From: a bacterium
Lineage (GTDB): Bacteria; UBA10199; 2-02-FULL-44-16; JAAZCA01
Assembly: GCA_963674695.2 (NCBI GenBank)
Contig: CAXXGI010000003.1
Span: forward strand, 1,013,064-1,077,063
Direction: 5' to 3'
DNA: 64,000 nt
Of this stretch, positions 27,451 through 35,870 are shown in pieces. The notes under the pieces were generated by a model. It did not search any database. It had not been told where the DNA came from and worked only from the letters and a program-made list of their open reading frames with translations. A program made the translations under genes and the position numbers. Within the stretch, counting starts at the first letter, position 1, and each line of letters opens with the position of its first letter.

Positions 27451-28269
27451 ATGAAAAAATCACTCAAATACCGGGAACTGATTCCCGAAGCCAGGCGGGT
27501 CGTGGTCAAGATCGGAAGCCGGGTCCTCGTTCAAAAGACAGGCCGGCCGGATGTGCGCCGCATACGCAGCCTCACCACGGAGCTCGCACAGCTCCGAAAA
27601 AACGGCTTTGAAATCGTCGTCGTCACCTCCGGGGCCATCGGCGCCGGCATGGAGGCGCTCGGCATGAAGGAGAAACCGAAGGGGCTCCCCGATCTGCAGA
27701 TGGCGGCCGCGGTCGGACAGACCCGGCTCATGTGCCGCTACTCGGACCTCTTCGCCCGAGCCGGATGCACGATCGGACAGGTCCTGCTCACGCACGACGA
27801 CTTTCATCACAAGATTCGGATGACCAACATCCGCCGCACGATGGAGAGCCTCCTCCGCAACGGAATCATTCCGGTCGTCAATGAGAACGACGTGGTGGCC
27901 GACGAAGAGATCCGCGCCGACCTCTCGCTCGGGGACAACGACAACCTCGCCTCGCTGCTGGTGAAACTCATTCGCGCCGACCTCCTCATCATGCTCACCA
28001 CGGTCGATGGCGTGCGGCAGAAGGAAACGAACGGACGGACGCGTCGCATGCGCTACATCGAGACCATCACGAAGGAGACCTTCTCGCACATCTCGCCGGG
28101 AAAGTCGGCGCTCTCCAAGGGGGGCATGGCCTCCAAGCTCAAGGCCGCGCAGTCGATCTCAAAATCGGGCTGTTCGACCGTCATCGCCGATGGACGCGAG
28201 CGGGGCACGCTGGATCGAATCATGAAGGGGAATGATGTGGGGACACTCATCCTGGCCATGGGCACTTAG
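27451..28269 (+). CDS. proB: Glutamate 5-kinase (short form without PUA domain)
   Basis: Amino-acid kinase fold: VVKIGSRVL, VVTSGAIGAG, VVNENDVV, DNDNLASL. At 272 aa it ends before where a PUA domain would be. Confidence 0.92.
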   Translation: MKKSLKYRELIPEARRVVVKIGSRVLVQKTGRPDVRRIRSLTTELAQLRKNGFEIVVVTSGAIGAGMEALGMKEKPKGLPDLQMAAAVGQTRLMCRYSDLFARAGCTIGQVLLTHDDFHHKIRMTNIRRTMESLLRNGIIPVVNENDVVADEEIRADLSLGDNDNLASLLVKLIRADLLIMLTTVDGVRQKETNGRTRRMRYIETITKETFSHISPGKSALSKGGMASKLKAAQSISKSGCSTVIADGRERGTLDRIMKGNDVGTLILAMGT

Positions 28270-28301
28270 ACGGTCGCCCAACGAATGCTGAGGAATTATT
28301 T

Positions 28302-29555
28302 ATGGGATTACATGAAGAGATGCTCGCGATCGGTCAGCAGGCGCTGGCGGCTTCGCGCGCGATCAACCTGCTCAGCACGGCGCAGAAAAATGCCATCCTC
28401 AATGGCATGGCCGACGGCATCATGGCCGATCGTGTGGCGATTCTTGAAGCGAATGCCGCCGATCTGAAGGCAGGAGAAGAGGCAGGGCTGTCGAGAGCCA
28501 TGCTCGATCGCCTCGCGCTCGACGAGGCCCGTATCGACGGTATTGCCAAAGGATTGAATGACGTCGCCGCCCTCCCCGATCCGGTGGGCGAGGAGATCGA
28601 GCGCAATGTTCGCCCCAACGGCCTCATCATCATGAAGCAGCGCGTGCCGATCGGCGTCATCGGCATGATCTATGAATCGCGTCCGAACGTCACCGCCGAC
28701 ACCGCGGGGCTCTGCCTCAAGTCTTCGAATGCGGTCATTCTCCGCGGCGGCAAGGAGGCGATGCGATCCAATGCCGCGATCTGCGATGCGCTCGTCGCGG
28801 GCGGCATGAAGGCCGGGATGCCAAAAAACGCGGTGCAGCTCATCCGCACGACCGATCGCGATGCCGTTCGAGAGCTCGTGCAGCTCGAGGGCCTCGTCGA
28901 TCTCGTCATTCCGCGCGGCGGCGAGTCGCTCGTCCGTGCCGTCACCGAACAGGCGCGCGTCCCCGTCATCAAGCACTACAAGGGCGTCTGCCACACCTAT
29001 GTCGATGCCTCCGCCGACATCGACATGGCGCTGGCCATCGCCAAAAACGCCAAGTGTCAGCGACCGGGCGTCTGCAACGCCATGGAGACGCTGCTCGTGC
29101 ATGTCGACATCGCCGACGCCTTCCTGCCGAAACTCGCCGACCTTCTCATCCCACAGGGTGTCGAATTGAGGGGGGATGCAGCAACGCGTGCGATCATCGC
29201 CCAGGCAGTAGAGGCCTCAGAACAGGATTGGTCTGCGGAATATCTCGACCTGATCCTGGCGATCCGAGTCGTCGGTTCGGTTACGGAGGCCGTGGAACAC
29301 ATCAATCGATACGGGTCGAGGCACTCCGATGCGATCATCGCAGCGGATACAGATTCCCAACGGATCTTCACCCAGAGGGTCGATTCCTCCTCCGTCTATG
29401 TCAATGCCTCGACCCGCTTCACCGACGGAGGGGAATTCGGCATGGGCGCGGAGATCGGCATCAGCACCGACAAACTCCATGCCCGCGGCCCGATGGGGCT
29501 CGAGGGACTGACCACCTACAAATATATCATTCTCGGCGAAGGACAGATCCGATGA
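28302..29555 (+). CDS. proA: Glutamate-5-semialdehyde dehydrogenase
   Basis: 417 aa aldehyde-dehydrogenase fold with the CNAMETLLVH catalytic Cys block typical of ProA. It follows proB. Confidence 0.95.
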   Translation: MGLHEEMLAIGQQALAASRAINLLSTAQKNAILNGMADGIMADRVAILEANAADLKAGEEAGLSRAMLDRLALDEARIDGIAKGLNDVAALPDPVGEEIERNVRPNGLIIMKQRVPIGVIGMIYESRPNVTADTAGLCLKSSNAVILRGGKEAMRSNAAICDALVAGGMKAGMPKNAVQLIRTTDRDAVRELVQLEGLVDLVIPRGGESLVRAVTEQARVPVIKHYKGVCHTYVDASADIDMALAIAKNAKCQRPGVCNAMETLLVHVDIADAFLPKLADLLIPQGVELRGDAATRAIIAQAVEASEQDWSAEYLDLILAIRVVGSVTEAVEHINRYGSRHSDAIIAADTDSQRIFTQRVDSSSVYVNASTRFTDGGEFGMGAEIGISTDKLHARGPMGLEGLTTYKYIILGEGQIR

Positions 29556-30013
29556 AAGAACCAAAACCGATCGTCATCATCGGCGTTGGAAACTTCCTGA
29601 TGGGGGATGAGGGCGCTGGCGTCCATGCGATCAAACGACTCGAGCAGGAGTCCTGGCCCGATACGGTGGAACTCATCGATGGCGGAACGCCGGGAATGAA
29701 CCTGATGTATATGATCGAAAACCGCCGACTCGCCGTTCTCATCGACTGCGCCGATTTCGGCGCCGAACCCGGTGCGATCGACGTCTTCGACCCCGACGAT
29801 CTTAAGCGCGACGAACGCAGCGAGATCAGCCTGCACGCCACGGATCTCCTCTCCGCGCTGGAACTGGCCCGCCGTCTGGGACATTACCCCGAGGCCGTGC
29901 GCATCGTCGGCATCCAGCCGAAAGCAATCGCCATGACGACGACGCTGAGCGATACGCTCACCGCAGCACTCGAAAAGCTCCCCGAAACGATTACTAAACT
30001 CATCACACTCTAG
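29552..30013 (+). CDS. [NiFe]-hydrogenase maturation endopeptidase (HycI/HoxW/HyaD family)
   Basis: 153 aa. IVIIGVGNFLMGDEGAGVHA..., DGGT..., and the ..H..D.. metal ligand pattern are typical of the family. The ATG overlaps the proA stop (ATGA). The upstream part of ORF 29054-30013 is an out-of-frame shadow of proA. Confidence 0.88.
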   Translation: MKEPKPIVIIGVGNFLMGDEGAGVHAIKRLEQESWPDTVELIDGGTPGMNLMYMIENRRLAVLIDCADFGAEPGAIDVFDPDDLKRDERSEISLHATDLLSALELARRLGHYPEAVRIVGIQPKAIAMTTTLSDTLTAALEKLPETITKLITL

Positions 30014-30164
30014 GGCGTGTCCTCATTTGACCATAACCCCTTATAACAAAAGGGGGTCTTTGTTTTTGTCATCCCCGCGCAAGCGGGGATCTCGATTGAC
30101 CCCTCATAAGCGAGATTCCCGCTTTCGCGGGAATGACACCTTACCAAATGAGGACGTGCCCTAG
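30010..30164. repeat. REP/MITE-like element, copy 2, with 20-bp terminal inverted repeats
   Basis: The outer arms are CTAGGGCGTGTCCTCATTTG (30010-30029) and CAAATGAGGACGTGCCCTAG (30145-30164), with 2 mismatches. Inside are the modules TGTCATCCCCGCGCAAGCGGGGATCTCGA and GAGATTCCCGCTTTCGCGGGAATGACA. It fills the spacer between convergent genes. Confidence 0.8.
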
Positions 30165-30169
30165 GATAA

Positions 30170-30793
30170 TCAGCTTTTCTGCTTGAGGGCGATCTTGAGA
30201 TCGGCCACGGCGGTGTTGACCGCATCGCAGACCGCGCGGGAGGAGATGGTGGCGCCGGTGATGGCGTCGATCGTGCCGCCGTCTTTCTGGACCTTCACCG
30301 GAGCCTTCTTGCCATCGAACTGCACCTGGAACCAGGGACGCAACCCCTGTTCATCCGGGCTCGTTCCGGTGAGGATCGTCCACCAGGTCTTCTTCGAGAG
30401 GATCTCATCGACCTTGTCACCGAGACCAGGCGTCTCCTTCTGATAGAGCACCTTGATCCCCTGAAGGTCGAATTGTTTGTTCACGCCGGCCATAACCTGC
30501 AAAACGCTCGAATAGCCGGTGGCGTGTCCTTCGGCGACATACCCAATGACCTCACTCCCCTTCTTCGCGATGCGATAGGTGAAGGGTTTGCCCTGTGCCG
30601 TCGCTTCTTTCACCTCGAAGTCAGTCGCCTCCGGCATCACGATTTTGAGCGCGGCCTGCGTCCGCTCGGCCTGAATCGCGAGCTTCTTCGGGAGGGTCAC
30701 CGCATAGAGCGCCGCGAGCGACGCCGCCGAGATGGCGGTGACGATCATGAGCACCAACGGAAAGCGAATCCAGTCAGGCAGTCCTTTTGCCAT
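30170..30793 (-). CDS. rnfG: Rnf electron transport complex subunit G (FMN-binding)
   Basis: N-terminal TM helix and the C-terminal FMN-attachment motif DAITGATISSRAV. ATG at 30793 (TTG at 30808 is possible). It overlaps the rnfD end. Confidence 0.9.
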   Translation of the reverse strand: MAKGLPDWIRFPLVLMIVTAISAASLAALYAVTLPKKLAIQAERTQAALKIVMPEATDFEVKEATAQGKPFTYRIAKKGSEVIGYVAEGHATGYSSVLQVMAGVNKQFDLQGIKVLYQKETPGLGDKVDEILSKKTWWTILTGTSPDEQGLRPWFQVQFDGKKAPVKVQKDGGTIDAITGATISSRAVCDAVNTAVADLKIALKQKS

Positions 30794-31838
30794 GAGAAAC
30801 AGCTCCAAAAAAGCGCGGTACGGTTATGCGATCGATCAACCAGACCGCGGTATTCATCAAGAGGATTGAATAGCAGACCCCCTCAGGGTATCCGCCGTAG
30901 AGACGAATGATCGCCACCAGCACGCCACAGCCAACTCCATAGAAGACCTGCCCCTTCGAAGTGAGGGGGCTCGTCACCATGTCGGTCGCCATGAAGAAGG
31001 CACCGAGCATCAGACCGCCGGCGAAGGCCTGCGCGACCGAACGCATGACGACCATCATCGGATCGGCCCAGAAACCGGCCTGCCAAAACCCAACGATCCG
31101 ACCGCCGTCCGATATCGGCAACAGCACGACGAGGACCATCACGGTAGCGATATAGGCAAACGGCAGGCGCCAGTTGATATAGCCCTTCCCGATGAGGTAG
31201 AGCGCACCGAGACCGAGGGCAACCACCGACGTCTCGCCGAGCGAACCCGGGACCCGCCCCAAGACCAATTCGGTGAGCGAATAGTGTTCGAAAAAGAGCG
31301 TCGGATTGGCCTTGAGCACCGCCAGCGGCGTGGCCTTCGTGACCGCATCGACGGTGAGAATATTTCCGATCCAGGGCATCTTGAGGATCGGCCACTTGGT
31401 CATGACGATCGCACCGGAATAGGCCGCGAGCAAAAAGGCGCGTCCGGCCAGCGCCGGGTTCCAGATGTTGCACCCCAGGCCACCGAAGGCATGCTTGGCA
31501 ATGCCGATCGCAAAGACCGAACCGATCACCGGAACGTACAGCGCAACGTTCGGGGGAAGACAGTAGGCCAAGAGCATCCCCGTCAGGACCGCGGAACCAT
31601 CGCCGACGGTGATGGGAACGCCGCGAAAACGTTGAATGGCCGCCTCGCTCAACACCGCTGCGAGCACGGAGACGAGCACCACGGCCAAAGCATAGAACCC
31701 GAAGTTGAGCACCGCGACGATGAGCTGCGGCACGAGCGCGATCACCACGCTCCACATGATGCGCGAAATGGAATCGGACGTGCCCAAATGCGGCGCCGGC
31801 CCGACGACCAGTTTATTTGGAAAAAGTGTCTCTGCCAT
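30774..31838 (-). CDS. rnfD: Rnf complex subunit D
   Basis: Polytopic membrane protein of the NqrB/RnfD family, with the FMN site context MATDMVTSP. ATG 31838 (MAETLFP). The 30-aa extension in the ORF track is read from the repeat array. Confidence 0.92.
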   Translation of the reverse strand: MAETLFPNKLVVGPAPHLGTSDSISRIMWSVVIALVPQLIVAVLNFGFYALAVVLVSVLAAVLSEAAIQRFRGVPITVGDGSAVLTGMLLAYCLPPNVALYVPVIGSVFAIGIAKHAFGGLGCNIWNPALAGRAFLLAAYSGAIVMTKWPILKMPWIGNILTVDAVTKATPLAVLKANPTLFFEHYSLTELVLGRVPGSLGETSVVALGLGALYLIGKGYINWRLPFAYIATVMVLVVLLPISDGGRIVGFWQAGFWADPMMVVMRSVAQAFAGGLMLGAFFMATDMVTSPLTSKGQVFYGVGCGVLVAIIRLYGGYPEGVCYSILLMNTAVWLIDRITVPRFFGAVSHGKRTA

Positions 31839-31844
31839 AAAAGT

Positions 31845-31944
31845 CCGTGACTCGTAATTCGTGACTCGTAACTGGCAACTCGAAAACCATAACCCGTGAC
31901 CCGGAAAACCTGAAATTGATTCCCTCATTACGAGTTACGAGTTA
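31845..31944. repeat. Inverted (GTGACTCG/GTAACTCG) word blocks in the rnfC-rnfD spacer
   Basis: The left block is ccgtgactcgtaattcgtgactcgtaactggcaactcg. The right block is ttacgagttacgagttacg, which is its reverse complement and includes the rnfC stop. Confidence 0.85.
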
Positions 31945-33273
31945 CGTCTTCTCTTTATGTTTCTGCTCCGCCTTCCAGGCCGCCAGTTCCGCCTTGGCGC
32001 GTTTGACATAGTGCACGATCGGCCGCTGCGACGGGCACGCAAAGGTACAGGTGCCGCACTCCATGCAGTCGAGCACGTGCAGGTGTTCATATTTTTCGAC
32101 CTCGCCCGCCTCGATCGCCGCGACCATCTCGGCGGCCATCCCGCGCAGCGGACAGACTTCGATGCATTTTCCGCAGCGCAGACAGGGCCCGGGCAGATAG
32201 CGTGGAATCTTCGTCAACGCCAGCACCCCGCTGGTCCCCTTCACCACCGGGATGTCGGGATCGGGGACGGCGATCCCCATCATCGGGCCACCGAGGATCA
32301 GCTTTTTGGTCTTCGGGCTCACGCCTTGACGCACGAGCAGATCCCGAATCGAGGTTCCCAGCGGGACGATCAGGTTGGCCGGGCGTTCGATCCCTTCGCC
32401 GGTCACCGTCACCGGACGCGCGATCAGCGGCATCGATTTCGACACCGCCTCGAAGATCGCATGCGCGGTGGCGACATTGTGAACGACAACGCCCACATCG
32501 AGCGGCAAACGCCCGGGCGGAACCTCGCGGCCGGCGAGCGCATCGATGAGCTGTTTCTCCGCGCCCTGCGGATATTTGACCGTGAGGAGCGAAACCGAAA
32601 TGCCCGCGTCATCCTTGGTCGCCGCAACCATCGCCTCATAGGCATCGGGCTTATTCGCCTCGATACCGATGATGGCGCGCTCGACCCCCAACGCCTTCAT
32701 GATGAGGCGCAGACCCGCGACGACATCGCCCGCGCGCTCGAGCATCAACCGGTGATCGCAGGTGAGATACGGCTCACACTCCACCCCATTGAGCAGGACC
32801 AGGTCGATCGGCCGATCATCAGGGGGAGAGAGTTTGACGTGCGTGGGAAAAGCCGCGCCGCCCATGCCGACGATCCCGGCATCGCGCACGATTGCCTTGA
32901 TCTGCTTCGGAGAGACATTCGTCACATCGCGCGCCTCGCCAACGCCCTCGGCCAGGCGATCCTCGCCATCGTTTTCGATGATGATGTGATCGCAGACCTT
33001 TCCGAGCGGCGTTGTGCGCTGCTCGATCGCCTTCACCTTCCCGGAGACGGAGGCATGCACCGGCACCGAGACGAAGCCATTGGCCTCGGCGATGACTTGT
33101 CCCTTGGCCACGACATCGCCGACCGCGACGATGGTCTTGGCCGGTGCCCCGATGTGCTGGGAGACGGGCAAGACCACCAGCTCCGGCGCCTCGACGCGCT
33201 CGAGCGCCATCTTCTCCGAGAGCTGCTTCATCTCGGGGGGATGCACACCACCTGTTCGAAATGTCTTCATCAT
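31942..33273 (-). CDS. rnfC: Rnf complex subunit C (NADH-binding, 2x 4Fe-4S)
   Basis: 443 aa. GMGGAAFPTHVK, CLRCGKCIEVCP and CMECGTCTFACP are typical RnfC blocks. Confidence 0.95.
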   Translation of the reverse strand: MMKTFRTGGVHPPEMKQLSEKMALERVEAPELVVLPVSQHIGAPAKTIVAVGDVVAKGQVIAEANGFVSVPVHASVSGKVKAIEQRTTPLGKVCDHIIIENDGEDRLAEGVGEARDVTNVSPKQIKAIVRDAGIVGMGGAAFPTHVKLSPPDDRPIDLVLLNGVECEPYLTCDHRLMLERAGDVVAGLRLIMKALGVERAIIGIEANKPDAYEAMVAATKDDAGISVSLLTVKYPQGAEKQLIDALAGREVPPGRLPLDVGVVVHNVATAHAIFEAVSKSMPLIARPVTVTGEGIERPANLIVPLGTSIRDLLVRQGVSPKTKKLILGGPMMGIAVPDPDIPVVKGTSGVLALTKIPRYLPGPCLRCGKCIEVCPLRGMAAEMVAAIEAGEVEKYEHLHVLDCMECGTCTFACPSQRPIVHYVKRAKAELAAWKAEQKHKEKT

Positions 33274-33283
33274 AAGACCACTA

Positions 33284-33366
33284 TTCGTGAACCGTAAACC
33301 GTGAACCGTGAACAGTAAGCAAAATCGTGTTAATCTTCACCGTTCACCGTTCACCGTTTTCACCGG
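33284..33366. repeat. Inverted (GTGAACCG)/(CACCGTTC) word blocks in the rnfB-rnfC spacer
   Basis: The sequence is ttcgtgaaccgtaaaccgtgaaccgtgaacagtaa ... cttcaccgttcaccgttcaccgttttcaccgg. The right block encodes the last residues of RnfB (PVKTVNGER). Confidence 0.85.
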
Positions 33367-34167
33367 CCATATTCCCAGCTTCTTTCGCATCGGCCGATAG
33401 TTGATAATGGTTCCGGTCGGGCACTCCTTCACACACTTCCCGCAGGAGGTGCACTTTTCATAGTCGAAGATCGCAATGTTATTCTCGATGCGCACCGCAT
33501 CAAATGGGCAGACCTTCTCGCACTTCTTGCAGCCGATGCACCCGACCGCACAGGCCTTGCGCGTGACCGCGCCCTTATCACGAGAGACGCAGCGCACATG
33601 GACGAGCTTGCCCAGGGGGATCAAGTCGAAGAGTCCCTTCGGGCACGCCTTCACACACTTCCCGCACGCGGTGCACTTGGCCTCATCGACGACCGGAAAC
33701 CCATCGACCATGTGCAAGGCATCGAAGGGACAGACATCCGCGCAATCGCCAAATCCGATACAGCCGTAGGTGCAGAGCTTCGGCCCGCCCTGAAGGAGGT
33801 TCGCGGCAAAGCAGGTGCGCACGCCCTCATAGATATAGCGATCCTCGACATCGCGCCCGTTGCAATGCAGCACGGCAACCTCTTTATCCGTCTGCGCCGC
33901 CTCCACGCCCATCACATCGGCGATGAGGTCTGCCACGCTCTGCCCACCCGGAATGCAGGCGGTCACCTCAGCCGAGCCGTGAACGATCGCCTTCGCGAGC
34001 GCCCCGCATCCGCCCAGACCACACGCGCCGCAGTTCGACCCGGGCAGCGCATGCTCGATGCGAGAGATGCGCGCGTCGATGTGCACGCGAAAGACGCGCG
34101 AAGCGACATAGAGCCCCAACCCAAAGAGGAGCCCCAAAAAACCCAGAATGAGAAGCGGTGGGAACAT
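33337..34167 (-). CDS. rnfB: Rnf complex subunit B (polyferredoxin)
   Basis: ATG 34167 (MFPPLLILGFLG.. TM helix). It has the CGACGLGGCGA cluster followed by several CxxCxxCxxxCP motifs. The ORF-track N-terminus (..SYESRVTSHELRVTSYELRVTSHELRVT..) is a translated repeat array. Confidence 0.92.
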   Translation of the reverse strand: MFPPLLILGFLGLLFGLGLYVASRVFRVHIDARISRIEHALPGSNCGACGLGGCGALAKAIVHGSAEVTACIPGGQSVADLIADVMGVEAAQTDKEVAVLHCNGRDVEDRYIYEGVRTCFAANLLQGGPKLCTYGCIGFGDCADVCPFDALHMVDGFPVVDEAKCTACGKCVKACPKGLFDLIPLGKLVHVRCVSRDKGAVTRKACAVGCIGCKKCEKVCPFDAVRIENNIAIFDYEKCTSCGKCVKECPTGTIINYRPMRKKLGIWPVKTVNGER

Positions 34168-34173
34168 AAAATC

Positions 34174-34261
34174 CGTAACTCGTAACTCGTGACTCGTAAC
34201 TCGTAACTCGTAACTCGTGACTCGTAACTCGTGACTCGTGACTCGTGACTCGTAACTCGTA
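34174..34261. repeat. 11 tandem 8-nt units (CGTAACTC / GTGACTC)
   Basis: 88 nt of alternating gtaactc/gtgactc words lie immediately upstream of the rnfB start. Confidence 0.92.
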
Positions 34262-34275
34262 AAACCGAAGATCGT

Positions 34276-34353
34276 GTCGCCGCGAGGGGGAATCATCTGC
34301 GTCTGGAACAAGCTTCATCTGTGAAGATGCAGATGATTCCCCCGGAAGGCGAC
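34276..34353. repeat. Palindromic element, copy c of the CGTCTGGAACAAGCTTCATCT hairpin family
   Basis: GTCGCC..GGGGGAATCATCTGC-[GTCTGGAACAAGCTTCATCTGTGAAGAT]-GCAGATGATTCCCCC..GGCGAC. The stem differences from copy b are compensated on both arms. Confidence 0.85.
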
Positions 34354-34364
34354 CTGGTCGCTTG

Positions 34365-35015
34365 TCATTCGTGTCCCAGGCCGGCAAAGCCCATGAAGGC
34401 CAGCGCCATGAGCGCCGCACAGATAAAGGCAATCGGTGCTCCCTTGAGCGCCGGCGGAACATCCGTTCGGTCGAGCCGCTCACGGATGCCGCTCATGAGG
34501 AGAATCACCAGCATAAAGCCAGCGCCCCCGCCGAACCCCTGCAACACGGTCTTGGCAAAGCTCTCGCCCGGATCGTGCAGCATGCCGAAATCTTTAATAT
34601 TCAAAAGCGCCACGCCCATCACGGCGCAGTTGGTCGTAATCAGCGGCAAGTAAATCCCAAGCGCATCGTAGAGCGGCGGGACAACCTTCATGAGAAACAT
34701 TTCGACGAGCTGCACGAGCGTCGCAATCACCAGGATGAAGACGACGGTCGTCAGGAACGTATAGTCGTGTGAGGCGACGTCGCCGCCGAACCAACGAAAG
34801 AAGAGGTTCGACTCGGTCGGGGCGAGCAACCAGTGGTTGACCACCCACGTCACGGCGGAAGCCATGGTCATCACGAAGATGACCGCGGCGCCCATACCGA
34901 TCGACTGGCTGATCCGCTTCGAGACACCGATGAACGGGCACAAGCCCAAAAACTTCGCGAGGACGAAGTTATTGACCAGGACGATCGAGATAAAGAGAAG
35001 GATGTAGTCGCTCAT
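34365..35015 (-). CDS. rnfA: Rnf complex subunit A
   Basis: MSDYILLFISIVLVNNFVLAKFLGLCPFIGVSK is almost the canonical RnfA/NqrE N-terminus. It is 216 aa and polytopic. Confidence 0.95.
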   Translation of the reverse strand: MSDYILLFISIVLVNNFVLAKFLGLCPFIGVSKRISQSIGMGAAVIFVMTMASAVTWVVNHWLLAPTESNLFFRWFGGDVASHDYTFLTTVVFILVIATLVQLVEMFLMKVVPPLYDALGIYLPLITTNCAVMGVALLNIKDFGMLHDPGESFAKTVLQGFGGGAGFMLVILLMSGIRERLDRTDVPPALKGAPIAFICAALMALAFMGFAGLGHE

Positions 35016-35026
35016 ATGTTCGTTAG

Positions 35027-35144
35027 ATCGTGAGATAGCTAAATAGCTTGATCGCTTAATCGTTCGTGAGATCGTGAGATCGCTAAATGGTGAGATGGCT
35101 AAAACCTATTTATGATCGAGCTATCTCACGATTGAGCCATTCAG
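35027..35144. repeat. Inverted (GTGAGATAGCT / GCTAAATGG) word blocks in the rnfE-rnfA spacer
   Basis: The sequence is cgtgagatagctaaatagc..cgtgagatcgtgagatcgctaaatggtgagatggctaaa ... gagctatctcacgattgagccattcagctattcagc. The right part is the reverse complement of the left words. Confidence 0.85.
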
Positions 35145-35786
35145 CTATTCAGCCAGCAGTGCCAATGACTTGACGCGCTGCGCCTCCTGCTTGCGTGTGC
35201 GCCACCAGTTGATGAATCCGATGATCAGCCCGATCACGACGAACGCGCCCGGTGCCATCACCATGACCGCCGCGGGTTCAATGGTTCCGCCTGGGGAATA
35301 GAAGCTCCCGATCGTAATACCCCAAATCCGCCCGGAGCCGGTCACCTCTCGAATGAACGAGATGATGAGCAGCGCTATCGTAAATCCCGCGCCCATGCCG
35401 AGGGCATCGAGAATCGATGGCAAAAACCGATTGCGCGAAGCGAATGCCTCGGCGCGCCCCAAAATGATGCAGTTGACGACGATGAGCGGGATGAAGATGC
35501 CCAGCGAATCACCCAGCGCGGGGAGATAGGCCGCCATCACCATCTCGACGATCGAAACAAATGTCGCAATCACGACGATAAAACAGGGGATGCGAATCTT
35601 CGAGGGGATGAAGCGATTGGTGAGCGAAATGATGCTGTTCGATCCCAACAGGACGAAGGTCGCCGCGACCCCCATGCCGACGGCATTTTGCAGCGAGACC
35701 GAAACGGCCAAAAAGGGACAGAGCCCCAGCATCAGGACGAAGATGGGATTTTCCCGGAAGAGGCCTTTTGCAAATTCACGCAGCAT
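35145..35786 (-). CDS. rnfE: Rnf complex subunit E
   Basis: ATG 35786 (MLREFAKGLFRENPIFVLMLGLCPFLAVS). It belongs to the RnfE/NqrD family and is polytopic. Confidence 0.92.
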   Translation of the reverse strand: MLREFAKGLFRENPIFVLMLGLCPFLAVSVSLQNAVGMGVAATFVLLGSNSIISLTNRFIPSKIRIPCFIVVIATFVSIVEMVMAAYLPALGDSLGIFIPLIVVNCIILGRAEAFASRNRFLPSILDALGMGAGFTIALLIISFIREVTGSGRIWGITIGSFYSPGGTIEPAAVMVMAPGAFVVIGLIIGFINWWRTRKQEAQRVKSLALLAE

Positions 35787-35870
35787 CGTTGTCCTGCTTC
35801 TTCTGTTCGAGGAGATGGACTGAAATTCCCCTGAATGAGGCATGCGGTATTACAGGAATGACGATGGATA

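Noticed and set aside
29054-29551. Upstream 166 codons of ORF 29054-30013
   Set aside because: This is an out-of-frame overlap with proA and has Arg/His-rich shadow composition. Only the part from ATG 29552 matches the hydrogenase protease family.
34168-34311. N-terminal extensions in the ORF track (rnfB ..SYESRVTSHELRVTSYELRVT.., rnfD 31839-31928 ..CQLRVTNYESRT.., hypD 40973-41050 ..FTVHSSRFTVHSSRFTVHGS..)
   Set aside because: They are translations of the intergenic word arrays. Downstream ATGs give canonical family N-termini (MFPPLL TM helix, MAETLFP, MKYITEYRD).
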